In this document: in pieces, positions 40,870 through 50,330 of the stretch
How positions within the stretch are numbered: position 1 is the stretch's first letter
Layout: every line of letters starts with the position of its first letter
Assembly: GCA_029851645.1 (NCBI GenBank)
Contig: JARKVN010000108.1
Span: forward strand, 1 to 53,676
From: Cellulosilyticum sp.
GTDB taxonomy: Bacteria; Bacillota; Clostridia; Lachnospirales; Cellulosilyticaceae
Reading direction: 5' to 3'
Length of the DNA: 53,676 bases
The notes under the pieces: model-generated
Told to the model about the DNA's origin: nothing
The model's input: only the letters and a program-made list of their open reading frames with translations
Databases searched by the model: none
Translations under genes and position numbers: made by a program

Positions 40870-41805
40870 TTAGAATAACGCACTATCATTATCTAGTTTT
40901 TTAACAATGTAGTTTGTAACCATAATGAGTACAAATCCTACAGTAGACTGGAATAATGCTGCAGCTGAACTCATTCCAATTTCACCCATTGAAGTTAACG
41001 CACGGTACACATATGTATCAATAATATTAGTCACTTCATAAAGTGCACCAGAGTTTCTTGGTAACTGGTAGAATAGACCAAAGTCTCCACTAAAGATTCG
41101 ACCTACTGAAAGAATAAATAAGATAGTAATAACTGGTTTTAAAAGTGGTATTGTAATGTATCTAATTTGTTGCCATTTAGTAGCACCATCAATTGTTGCT
41201 GCCTCAAAGTAGCTATTATCTATACCACAAATCGATGCAAGGTAAACAACTGTGTTATATCCTATACCTTTCCACTGGCTCATCAAAATAATAATCCAAG
41301 GCCAATATCCAGCTTCTGTATACCATGAAACGCCCTCTTTACCCATTTGTGTTAAAATATTATTAACATAACCTTTTTCTGGGTTTAAAAAAGCATATAG
41401 ACAGTAACTTACAACAACCCATGATAAGAAGTAAGGTAAAAACATCGCACTTTGATAAAATTTTCCCATCTTTTTATTGCGAAGTTCATTAAGCATGAGT
41501 GCTACAATAACTGGTAAAACAATCCCTAATACGATAAATACAAGATTATATAAGACTGTGTTTCTTACAATAATCCATGCATCACTACTCCTAAACAAGA
41601 ACTGGAAATTTTGAAGTCCTACCCATTCACTAGTAATTAAACTCTTGATAAATCCCCCATTGACACGAAAACGTTTGAAAGCAATGATAATACCGAACAT
41701 TGGAAGATAAGCAAAAATTAAAAACCATATTGCCCCTGGTATACTCAACATAATCAATTCTTTATTACGCTTCATTCTGAGCCAACTTTCTTTTACTTTT
41801 TCCAT
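40870..41805 (-). CDS. Carbohydrate ABC permease (LplB-like)
   Basis: AYLPMFG, LPYFLSWVVV, EAATIDGA. Confidence 0.9.
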   Translation of the reverse strand: MEKVKESWLRMKRNKELIMLSIPGAIWFLIFAYLPMFGIIIAFKRFRVNGGFIKSLITSEWVGLQNFQFLFRSSDAWIIVRNTVLYNLVFIVLGIVLPVIVALMLNELRNKKMGKFYQSAMFLPYFLSWVVVSYCLYAFLNPEKGYVNNILTQMGKEGVSWYTEAGYWPWIIILMSQWKGIGYNTVVYLASICGIDNSYFEAATIDGATKWQQIRYITIPLLKPVITILFILSVGRIFSGDFGLFYQLPRNSGALYEVTNIIDTYVYRALTSMGEIGMSSAAALFQSTVGFVLIMVTNYIVKKLDNDSALF

Positions 41806-41923
41806 ATATTAATCCTCCCTTTGTCAAGTTACTCATTTCATCAATTAATGATAACATTTGCAAAAAGGAGGATAAATATGAAAATATTTAGTTTTAGTGA
41901 ATTAATTTTAGGTTATTCAGATA

Positions 41924-43456
41924 TTAGTATTTTTTTATCTCTCTAAGAGTGGCTGGCGATACGCCATAATGCTTTTTGAACTTCCGATAAAAGTAACTTG
42001 TATCTGTATAGCCTATTTCTTTGGCTATATCATTGATACGCATATTAGTTGTTAAAATCAGCTCTTTTGCTTTGCTATTTTTTATATTTGTCAAATACTG
42101 TGAGAAAGAACAGCCTACCTCTTTCAAGAAAATCTGCCCCAAATAAGAAGTATTGATATTGTACTTATAAGCCAAAGTCTTAAGATTCATATCCTCCCTA
42201 TAATTCTCATTGATATAGCTAATGACCTGCTCAATAACAGGTGTATAGCGTTTTTCTCTCGCATTAATATGATGGATCATTTCACTGATTTCTTGGATGA
42301 ATATATTTTTTAAGATTAGAAAATCATGGGCTGTATAAATATCTCCTAAAAGTTCACTGACACCTCTAATATTGTGCTTTTTTTCTAATTTAAAATCACT
42401 TGTTACCTCTTGTAGAAGCATTGCTAATCTGATAACAATCTGATATACATTTTCTAAGGTTACACCTTCTTTTCTAACTTCATTAAATACTTCTTCTAGA
42501 TAGCCTTGTGCTTTTTCTTCACTCCCTTCAATAATGTATTTGTAAAGCCTGTCTGCATCTAACAAAATTTGATAACTTTCAGCGCTTTCTGCCATTTGAG
42601 TAACATCTATAAAACTCTCATATCCTTTAATCACCACATACTTTTCATACTGTTTCACCAATCTATAGCTTTTAGCTAAGTCTTGTATATGATTTACGCC
42701 TTCTCCTATTGTTAAAAAAGCATACACACCCACATAGTCTTTAATATACCCTTGCATCTTATGATAATAACTTTTTATCTCTTCTTCTGTTTCATTTTCC
42801 CAACTATTCATAAGAATAATCGCATGATTCATATTATAAAAAATTTCTAATTGGTCATTCTTCGAGAAACAATTCAAGTTATACTCTTGAATCGCTTTCA
42901 TACAACAGGAAATCTTGTCACCTTCTTGAGCCGCCTCTATCACTAGACTTGCAATGGTAAAGTAATTGGCATCATATCGAATATTTAAAAGTCCTGGGTT
43001 ATAGACAGTAGACTCTTCTCCCCTTAAAAACTGAAACACTTTGCTATGCCTATCGATAAAGTCACTATGGTGCTTATCAATCACTTTGAGTTTTTTAATG
43101 GTGTCCTCTAGTATTTTTTCCAGTTCTTCTTCATCTATTGGCTTCAAGATATACCCCTCCACCTCAAGTTTAATGGCTTCTCTTGCATACTTAAATTCAT
43201 CATGCCCACTTAGAATAATAAATTTTACATTTTCTCTTATCGCTTTCATTTCTTTAATCATTGTTAACCCATCTACTTTGGGCATGTTAATATCTGTAAT
43301 CACAATAGCTACTGGCTCTTCCTTAAAAGCTTTAATAGCCTCTTCCCCATTTGTAGCCATTGCCACTACTTCAAGTCCTAATTTTTCCCAATCTATAATT
43401 TGTCTAATCCCATTTAATATTAGCTTCTCATCATCTACAAGCATTACTTTATACAT
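41924..43456 (-). CDS. Response regulator, receiver plus AraC HTH (YesN-type)
   Basis: VDDE, TDINMP, YILKP; C-terminal GYTDTSYFYRKFKK; start moved to ATG 43456. Confidence 0.9.
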   Translation of the reverse strand: MYKVMLVDDEKLILNGIRQIIDWEKLGLEVVAMATNGEEAIKAFKEEPVAIVITDINMPKVDGLTMIKEMKAIRENVKFIILSGHDEFKYAREAIKLEVEGYILKPIDEEELEKILEDTIKKLKVIDKHHSDFIDRHSKVFQFLRGEESTVYNPGLLNIRYDANYFTIASLVIEAAQEGDKISCCMKAIQEYNLNCFSKNDQLEIFYNMNHAIILMNSWENETEEEIKSYYHKMQGYIKDYVGVYAFLTIGEGVNHIQDLAKSYRLVKQYEKYVVIKGYESFIDVTQMAESAESYQILLDADRLYKYIIEGSEEKAQGYLEEVFNEVRKEGVTLENVYQIVIRLAMLLQEVTSDFKLEKKHNIRGVSELLGDIYTAHDFLILKNIFIQEISEMIHHINAREKRYTPVIEQVISYINENYREDMNLKTLAYKYNINTSYLGQIFLKEVGCSFSQYLTNIKNSKAKELILTTNMRINDIAKEIGYTDTSYFYRKFKKHYGVSPATLREIKKY

Positions 43457-45183
43457 CTTGCATCTCCTCCTCATTTGGAATTCTTATCACTACCTTAAAG
43501 CCCTGAGTTTCATGAGCCATTACCTTTAGCCCATAATCCTTACCATAAGACATCACAATGCGTTCATGCACATTTACAATTCCCATTGACTTACCATCAT
43601 ACTTACACTGTGTGAGTGATTCATTGAGCCGTTCGATTTTTTCTTCTGACATGCCATGCCCATTATCTTCTACAGTAATCTCTATATAAGATTCCTCAGC
43701 ATTTACCTCAATCTTGATATAGTTATCTACATCTTCAAGACGAATACCATGCACAAAATAATTTTCTATAACAGGTTGTAGTGTAAACTTAATAATACGC
43801 TTACCAAGATACCTTTCCTCACATACAATATCAAAGTGAAATTGGTTTTCGTATCTAAACGTAAAAAGTTCAATGTATTTTTTACAGTAATGAAGTTCCT
43901 TAGCTAATGTAATCATGTTACTTTCTTTAATTTGACTTCTAAAAATGATTGCTAAATTTTGTAACATTTTCCCTACTCCCCTATCTCCATTACAAATAGC
44001 TTTCATCCTAATGGATTCTAAGGTATTGTATAAGAAATGAGGATTAATTTGACTTTGCAGTGCTTTGAGTTCAGCATTTTTTTGATTAATTTCTGCCAAA
44101 TAACTTCTTTGCACATAATTACCTAATTCATAGCACATATTATTAAACCCCTTTGTGATTACAGTAAGTTCATCATCATAAGAATCTGTTTCAATATGTG
44201 TATCAAAGTTCCCCTGCATGACGCTAGTCATTGCCTCTAAAATTTTTCTCATACGCTTATCGAGGTTACTAAGTTTTCTATAAATACTTATTTCACCAAT
44301 AGTGATTAATACAATGCTTAAAAGAATCAAAATAATTTGTACCCCTAATGGAACATGAGTCGCATCTTCTTTATCAATTTCTCCAATGACAATATAGCCA
44401 CTTTCTAAATACTCTACATTAACATAGCACCCTATTTTATCCTCTAACTCTTTTTGTTGAATAAGCGAATCGTTGATAAAAGGATATCTTTCCCCATTTA
44501 ACTGATTGGTTGAATCATAAATTACTGTATAATTATTATCTAAAATACGTATACGATGACGGTTTTGATTAATGAGATAATTATCTATAGAATTTAGTGT
44601 ATAAGTGATACGTATTTCTCCTAAATACTCAAAACTCATAGGATCCTTAATCATTTCTACCAACATGATTTGCTTTTCATCTAGCACTAAGTCCTTTAAA
44701 GTACTTTGCTCCTGCTCATTATGTAAATAATAACTTCTGCTTCCACCATTTTTATAGAATTCAGTATACTTATTTTGCGAATAACTGTATACTGAAATTC
44801 GTTCTATACTCGCTGATAATTCATACATTTTAGACACAAAATAGTCCATACCATAGTAAATTGTTCGATTGCTTTTACTGAATTCATCCAAGCGATATTC
44901 TAAATATTTATCTTCCTCCAATGTTAAAAAATAAATAAGATCCGTCAACTCATTATTCGACTGATATAAGTAACGCTTTATATAGCGACTATTTCTCTCA
45001 ATATTTTTTATGTAATTAGTTGTATCTTGTGTAATCTTATTATTGATATACAGATTGTTCTCTTTTATTTGTTTTACAATGCTTCCATAAAAAAAAAACA
45101 CTTAAAATACATACAATAAGGATAAGCATGATTGTATAGTTGATAAAGATTTTTTTATAAGTACTCTTTCGATATTTAATCAT
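43449..45183 (-). pseudogene. YesM-type sensor histidine kinase, frameshifted at a T10 tract near its 5' end
   Basis: QSQINPHFLYNTLE, DNGHG; start ATG 45183 (AAGGAG) encodes MIKYRKSTYKKIFINYTIMLILIVCILSV then leaves frame in T10 (45089-45098); T9 gives ...SVFFYGSIVK. Confidence 0.8.
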
Positions 45184-45380
45184 CAGTTCGGCTCCTTTTT
45201 ATTTGAAATCCAAAAATATTAAGATGAATTTATACTCTTATATTAGATGATTCAGAAAAACTTAATAAGTGAAATTCTATAGTTTTACTGTACTTATTCT
45301 AGTTCTCTTAGAAAAAATACCTCCCCTTCCTTTCTTTTGTTTTATAATAAACCTATCTTGATACTTGGAGGTGTATATTA

Positions 45381-46064
45381 ATGAACTCTATTTTTAATAT
45401 AGAAAAAATGCTTGATTTTTTTAGTACTGTATTTTATTTTTTTATGACCAATATGCTCTTTATTTTCTTTAATATTCCTCTTGTTTTTTTCTTTTTATTT
45501 TTAGGTATTAGTCATATTGAAACCTATTTACCACTTTTTTTAGTGTGTCTTATTCCTACTGGTCCTGCACTAGCTGCCTTGTTTTACAGTATGCGCCAAT
45601 TTATCACTTATCAAAGTACAAATATATTTAGAAATTGGGGTAAAGGATTAAAGACTAATTTTAAAATTTCACTTTATGTAAATTGTATCCAACTTTTTTC
45701 AGTTTTCGTTGTCATCTGCAACATTCGTATTTTTACATCTCTTTATCCATTTTTACCTCTTAGAGTATTTTTCATCATGCTTCTTGCTATTCTTATACTT
45801 TCTATTCCTTATAATTATCTTCTTATTATGCGTTTCTACATGTCTACGCTAGAAGTGATTAAATACTCTTTTGCAATGGCCTTTGCAAATCCTATATTAA
45901 GTATTTGCAATATGATCATTTTCTTATTTGTACTCATGCTTTTTGAGATTTCCGCTGGTACAACTGTTTTATTTATGGCTCCCATCTACGCCTTTTGTAT
46001 TCTTATTTCGAATCGTCATTTAATGAAAAAATTAGAGGAGCAAGTCTCCTCTCAGGGCCATTAA
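45381..46064 (+). CDS. YesL/DUF624-family membrane protein
   Basis: IPTGPALAALF...WGKGLKTNFK pattern; multi-TM; next to a sugar ABC/two-component locus. Confidence 0.75.
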   Translation: MNSIFNIEKMLDFFSTVFYFFMTNMLFIFFNIPLVFFFLFLGISHIETYLPLFLVCLIPTGPALAALFYSMRQFITYQSTNIFRNWGKGLKTNFKISLYVNCIQLFSVFVVICNIRIFTSLYPFLPLRVFFIMLLAILILSIPYNYLLIMRFYMSTLEVIKYSFAMAFANPILSICNMIIFLFVLMLFEISAGTTVLFMAPIYAFCILISNRHLMKKLEEQVSSQGH

Positions 46065-46107
46065 GTTAAGCTTTTTATAATTATTATATACTAAAGTATA
46101 CCCAATA

Positions 46108-46145
46108 TAAAAAGGCATTTGAGCGATTCCCAAATGCCTTTTTTA
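46108..46145. terminator. Bidirectional intrinsic terminator
   Basis: AAAAAGGCATTTG / CAAATGCCTTTTT. Confidence 0.8.
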
Positions 46146-46640
46146 TTATTTTGAAGTGATTTGTTCTATAAGATTTTCATTTTCATCTAATCTAAATGCT
46201 TGTCCTGCCCCTAATACCGCACGACCATTGATTAATTTTAATTCAAAAATATTAAAGTCCATAGTTAAAAGTTTTTTTACTAATTCTCCATGTTGTGACA
46301 CAAAGTGCTCAACAATCTCATCTGCATTATTAATTTTCTCATACATAAAATTAAAGATTGCTCTTCTTCTAAAGAATGTATTAATTGCTGATTGTTCACT
46401 CTCTAAAATCATCCCTTGGAACTCTTTCATTTCTGAAATATTATCATAATGACTAGCAATTTGACTTAAAAGAATGTAGTATGTATTATTTAAATAAACA
46501 TATGGTACATAAGAAGCTTCAGCTTGATTATTGGATGTTTTAGTTGCTAATACCATTGTTTTATTTTCACTTTTTAAACTTTCTATCTGTTCTTTGATTT
46601 TTTCCATGTTCACTTCTGTTGGGTTGCTAAAATGTTTCAT
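46146..46640 (-). CDS. HutZ/HugZ-like split-barrel (PNPOx-like) heme-utilisation protein
   Basis: ASYVPY, LSQIASHYDNI, FFRRR, DFNIFEL, GRAVLGAGQAF. Confidence 0.75.
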   Translation of the reverse strand: MKHFSNPTEVNMEKIKEQIESLKSENKTMVLATKTSNNQAEASYVPYVYLNNTYYILLSQIASHYDNISEMKEFQGMILESEQSAINTFFRRRAIFNFMYEKINNADEIVEHFVSQHGELVKKLLTMDFNIFELKLINGRAVLGAGQAFRLDENENLIEQITSK

Positions 46641-46707
46641 ATTTTTTCTCCTCTTTTGAATTTAATTTTTTATATATTAATCAGATTATGTATAATCTAA
46701 ATTAAAC

Positions 46708-47253
46708 TTATTCTTTCTCTTTTTGTCTCATATAACTTTTCATCGTCAAATCTACAAAGCTTAATGCAGCATCAAAGTCTTCTTGATTGGGGTGTTTTGC
46801 AGCATTTTCCCATCTTTTGACTCTATGTTCATCAGGTGCATGCCCATGTTCCTTGGGTAAACTTTTCATCCAAGCAATGAGTTTAGCATCTACAGCACCT
46901 TGGCAATGAAAATGATTTAATACATGATTATTATTTTCCTCAAATAAATTGGTAATATTATTTACACAATCATGAGCATGTTTACCAGTTGGATAAGCAC
47001 CTAAAGTAAAGAAAAATGCTATGGTTTTATCTTTGATAGTCTTGCAAAACTCTACGCATTCTGGATTATATATCCCTTTATCTACCCATCCTCCCACAAA
47101 CATTAAATCATAAGCTTCTAAATTTACTTGCTCCATCATTTCTTTATCTGCAATATTTAAAAGCTCCCATTTATCATGATAACTTTGTATGGTCTCTGCA
47201 ATTTTTTTAGTGTTTCCACCTTTAGAGCTATACGCTATTAATACACGCATCAC
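46708..47253 (-). CDS. Flavodoxin-family protein (Flavodoxin_3/HmuF-like)
   Basis: YSSKGGNTKKIA FMN loop, GGWVDKG, TLGAYP..HA, CQG, His-rich cap EHGH..AKHPNQED. Confidence 0.8.
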   Translation of the reverse strand: MMRVLIAYSSKGGNTKKIAETIQSYHDKWELLNIADKEMMEQVNLEAYDLMFVGGWVDKGIYNPECVEFCKTIKDKTIAFFFTLGAYPTGKHAHDCVNNITNLFEENNNHVLNHFHCQGAVDAKLIAWMKSLPKEHGHAPDEHRVKRWENAAKHPNQEDFDAALSFVDLTMKSYMRQKEKE

Positions 47254-47262
47254 TAATTCTCC

Positions 47263-48024
47263 TTATAAAATATCTACATAGTAATTATTATGTCTACAAC
47301 CTACACAACATTCTATGCCATAAACCTTTTTCATAATTTCAGGAGAGATACACTCACTTGGCTCCCCACTTATTATCAATTTCCCTTTTTCCATTACAAA
47401 AACTTTGTCACTAAATCTTAGTGCTTGATTAATGTCATGTAAAACACAAATCACTGTTATATTATTTTCTTTATTGATTCTCTTTACCAACTTTAATAAC
47501 TCATATTGATATTTAATGTCTAAGTGGTTTGTTGGTTCATCTAAAATGAGTATTTCTGGTTCTTGTGCCAAAGCCATCGCAAGAAATACCCTTTGCTTTT
47601 CTCCACCTGATAACATTGCGATGTCTTTTTCTAAAAGAGATTCTATATCTGTTTGCTCAATAGCCCAGTCAACAATATCGTAATCATCTTTTGTAAAACC
47701 TTTAAAGGCATTGACATAGGGATGTCTTCCAAAATGGACAATTTCTCTAGCACTCATCCCACTTGGCATATTATTAAACTGCATTAAAAAAGCTACTTTC
47801 TTTGCAAAATCTTTTCTTTTCATATCTTTTTTATTGATACCATCAATAAAAATTTCACCCGATTTTACCTTATTGATACCTGATATCGCTTTAATTAAAG
47901 TCGATTTTCCACATCCATTTGGTCCAATAATGCATACAAACTCGGATTTTTTCACATTCATACTTAAATCTTCTACAATAAGTGTATCCGATAAACTTAT
48001 GGTAACATTCTTAATATCAACCAT
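47263..48024 (-). CDS. Iron-chelate/heme ABC transporter ATP-binding protein
   Basis: GPNGCGKST, LSGGEKQRV, DEPTNHLD, LHDIN. Confidence 0.92.
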   Translation of the reverse strand: MVDIKNVTISLSDTLIVEDLSMNVKKSEFVCIIGPNGCGKSTLIKAISGINKVKSGEIFIDGINKKDMKRKDFAKKVAFLMQFNNMPSGMSAREIVHFGRHPYVNAFKGFTKDDYDIVDWAIEQTDIESLLEKDIAMLSGGEKQRVFLAMALAQEPEILILDEPTNHLDIKYQYELLKLVKRINKENNITVICVLHDINQALRFSDKVFVMEKGKLIISGEPSECISPEIMKKVYGIECCVGCRHNNYYVDIL

Positions 48025-48036
48025 AGAGACCTCCTA

Positions 48037-49026
48037 CTAAACTTGCTTTCTTAATTGATATAAGAAAAATGGTGCACCAACAAATGAAATCACAATCCCT
48101 ATGGGAATCTCCATTGGTGAAAATATAATCTTTTGCAAGATATCTGCTATAAGCAAAAATGCGCCACCTAAAATAATTGAAAGCGGTAAAAGATCTTTAT
48201 GATTTTGCCCTATAATCAATCTTGCTATATGAGGAATCACTAATCCTACAAAACTAATTATTCCAACAATCGATACACTTACAGATGCTAATAGTACAGC
48301 AACAGTTGAAACAATAAACCTTGTTAATGACAGATTCTCACCTAAATTGATAATGGTAACATCATCTAGTAAAAGTAAATTGCATTTTCCAATCAATAAC
48401 AAAGACAACATCAAAGCTAATCCACCATAAATCAAAATGAGCTGTGCATCTTTCATTGTAACACCTGCTAGTGACCCATTGAGCCAACTTAATGCCCCTT
48501 GAATCTTATCACTATTATAAATACTAATAAGACTAATAAACGAAGCTAAAAATCCATTAATTGCAATACCAGATAAAATTAACCTAATAGGTTTTATCCC
48601 ATCTTTAAAGGCAACCAATGTTAAAAGCATATAAACCAAGAAGCCACCTAAAAATGCACCTATTGGTAACCATTTATATAAGTTAGGCATCATTAGAATA
48701 ATAATCATAGCCACTAATGTAGCACCTGATTGAATTCCTAAAAGGCCTGTGTCTGCTAATGGGTTTTTCATAACAGCCTTTATCAATGTTCCACTGGCTG
48801 CTAAAGTAGCACCTGCTACAAGTGCTACAATAGCTTTTGGTATTCTTATTTTCCATAAAACAGTATGTATGATTTCATCATTCTCTTTATTAAATAGGTT
48901 ACTAAATACCTCATTAAGTGTTATATTAGAACTTCCCAAAATAATATCCATCAAAAAAGCCACTACTAATATAGACAAAGCTACTAGATAGATAAACACT
49001 TTATTTTTCTTATTAATTGCTTGCAT
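48037..49026 (-). CDS. FecCD-family ABC permease
   Basis: IRIPKA, KNPLAD, FVGLVIPHIAR, GAPFFLY. Confidence 0.92.
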   Translation of the reverse strand: MQAINKKNKVFIYLVALSILVVAFLMDIILGSSNITLNEVFSNLFNKENDEIIHTVLWKIRIPKAIVALVAGATLAASGTLIKAVMKNPLADTGLLGIQSGATLVAMIIILMMPNLYKWLPIGAFLGGFLVYMLLTLVAFKDGIKPIRLILSGIAINGFLASFISLISIYNSDKIQGALSWLNGSLAGVTMKDAQLILIYGGLALMLSLLLIGKCNLLLLDDVTIINLGENLSLTRFIVSTVAVLLASVSVSIVGIISFVGLVIPHIARLIIGQNHKDLLPLSIILGGAFLLIADILQKIIFSPMEIPIGIVISFVGAPFFLYQLRKQV

Positions 49027-50065
49027 AAATGCCCTCTACTATTTGTCTCATTACTTTAGTAATATTAAAATCAATGCTCCCCATAAATTGGAAAGTACCA
49101 TCTCCAATAAAAATACACTTCCCATCTTTAACTGCCTGTAAATTTGCTAAAGCACTTTCACTGGTCATAAATTTCTCTTCAAACATTTTAGTTAATTCTT
49201 CACGTGTTAATCCTTCTCCATAAATAATTAAGTATTCTGGATCCTTCATTAAAATTTCTTCTGGATTTAACTCTGAGCTTTTAATAGAACCAAATACATT
49301 GTTTAAAGATAATTGTTTAACAACTTTTCCAAGTACTGACTCATCGCCATTGACAGTTGTTGTTTCTGACATAACTAATATTGCTACATTTTTAGGGTCA
49401 TCACCATTTCGTTCGATTTCATTAATTGCTTGTAAATCATTTTTCATTGAGAGCATTTTTTCATTAATGACATGATTATCTAATTGATTAGTGTCTTTAA
49501 ATGCTTGAAGAATAACAAACATATCACTGTATTCTGATTGGTTGATTCTTTGCACCTGTACACCTAATTCAGCTAATGAACCTTCCCACTTTGTTGGTGG
49601 CAGAGCATCTGATAATAGAAGAAGCTCTGTCCCAGCTTTCGCTAAAATTTCAATATTGGGTGATAATGCACTTCCAATATTTAAAATACCATCTTCACGC
49701 TCTTCTCCTATATTATATAATTTCTCAGCAAGTTCAGGTTTTAATGATTTACTCTCTGGAGCTGCATTTGGTAAAAAACCAATTTCTGAAAGCATATTAA
49801 CTGTAGTTGTCGACCCAATGGCAATTTTATCTATATCAGCACTATTTAAGGCAGTAAATAATCCTTCGTATTTTTCATTAATACTTGAATTACTTTTTTC
49901 AAAGTCAATATTAATTTCTGACTCCCCTTCCGTAGTAAAAGCAATATCGCTGCCAAACATAAATTCTGTCGACGTTGTTTCAACTTCTTTTCCACAGCCT
50001 GCTAATACTGTTCCACACAGTAAAGTTAATCCCAATACTTTAAATATCTTTTTATGCTTTTTCAT
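49013..50065 (-). CDS. Iron-chelate/heme ABC substrate-binding lipoprotein
   Basis: Lipobox LAGC; IGSALSPNIE, EEILMKDPEYLI, LQAVKDG class III SBP motifs. Confidence 0.85.
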   Translation of the reverse strand: MKKHKKIFKVLGLTLLCGTVLAGCGKEVETTSTEFMFGSDIAFTTEGESEINIDFEKSNSSINEKYEGLFTALNSADIDKIAIGSTTTVNMLSEIGFLPNAAPESKSLKPELAEKLYNIGEEREDGILNIGSALSPNIEILAKAGTELLLLSDALPPTKWEGSLAELGVQVQRINQSEYSDMFVILQAFKDTNQLDNHVINEKMLSMKNDLQAINEIERNGDDPKNVAILVMSETTTVNGDESVLGKVVKQLSLNNVFGSIKSSELNPEEILMKDPEYLIIYGEGLTREELTKMFEEKFMTSESALANLQAVKDGKCIFIGDGTFQFMGSIDFNITKVMRQIVEGIYASN

Positions 50066-50145
50066 AACGTTCTCCTTGCATTCATTTCTTAACTTCTATT
50101 AATTTATAATAGATAATATTTATTATATGAAATGAAAAGTTAATC

Positions 50146-50164
50146 GATAATGTTTTTCATTATC
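50146..50164. promoter_or_regulatory. Fur box of the heme/iron ABC operon
   Basis: GATAATGTTTTTCATTATC, 16/19 match; overlaps the -10 of TTGACA-18-TATGAT on the minus strand. Confidence 0.8.
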
Positions 50165-50263
50165 ATAATATATTTTGTTATCAACTGTCAACATATTTTA
50201 TAATCTATCATAAAAATAATCACAAGATTTTATCTAGTACTTCCTTTAATCCTTGAAATACAA

Positions 50264-50308
50264 ATAACCCACGAATTCTAACTTAATTGTTAGAAATTCG
50301 TGGGTTAT
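50264..50308 (-). terminator. Intrinsic terminator after the histidine kinase
   Basis: ATAACCCACGAATT / AATTCGTGGGTTAT. Confidence 0.75.
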
Positions 50309-50330
50309 GAACAAATAGTCTATATTTATT

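Noticed and set aside
46676-46705. AGATTAT-GT-ATAATCT palindrome between flavodoxin and HutZ-like genes
   Set aside because: Short and AT-only, expected by chance; no second copy seen
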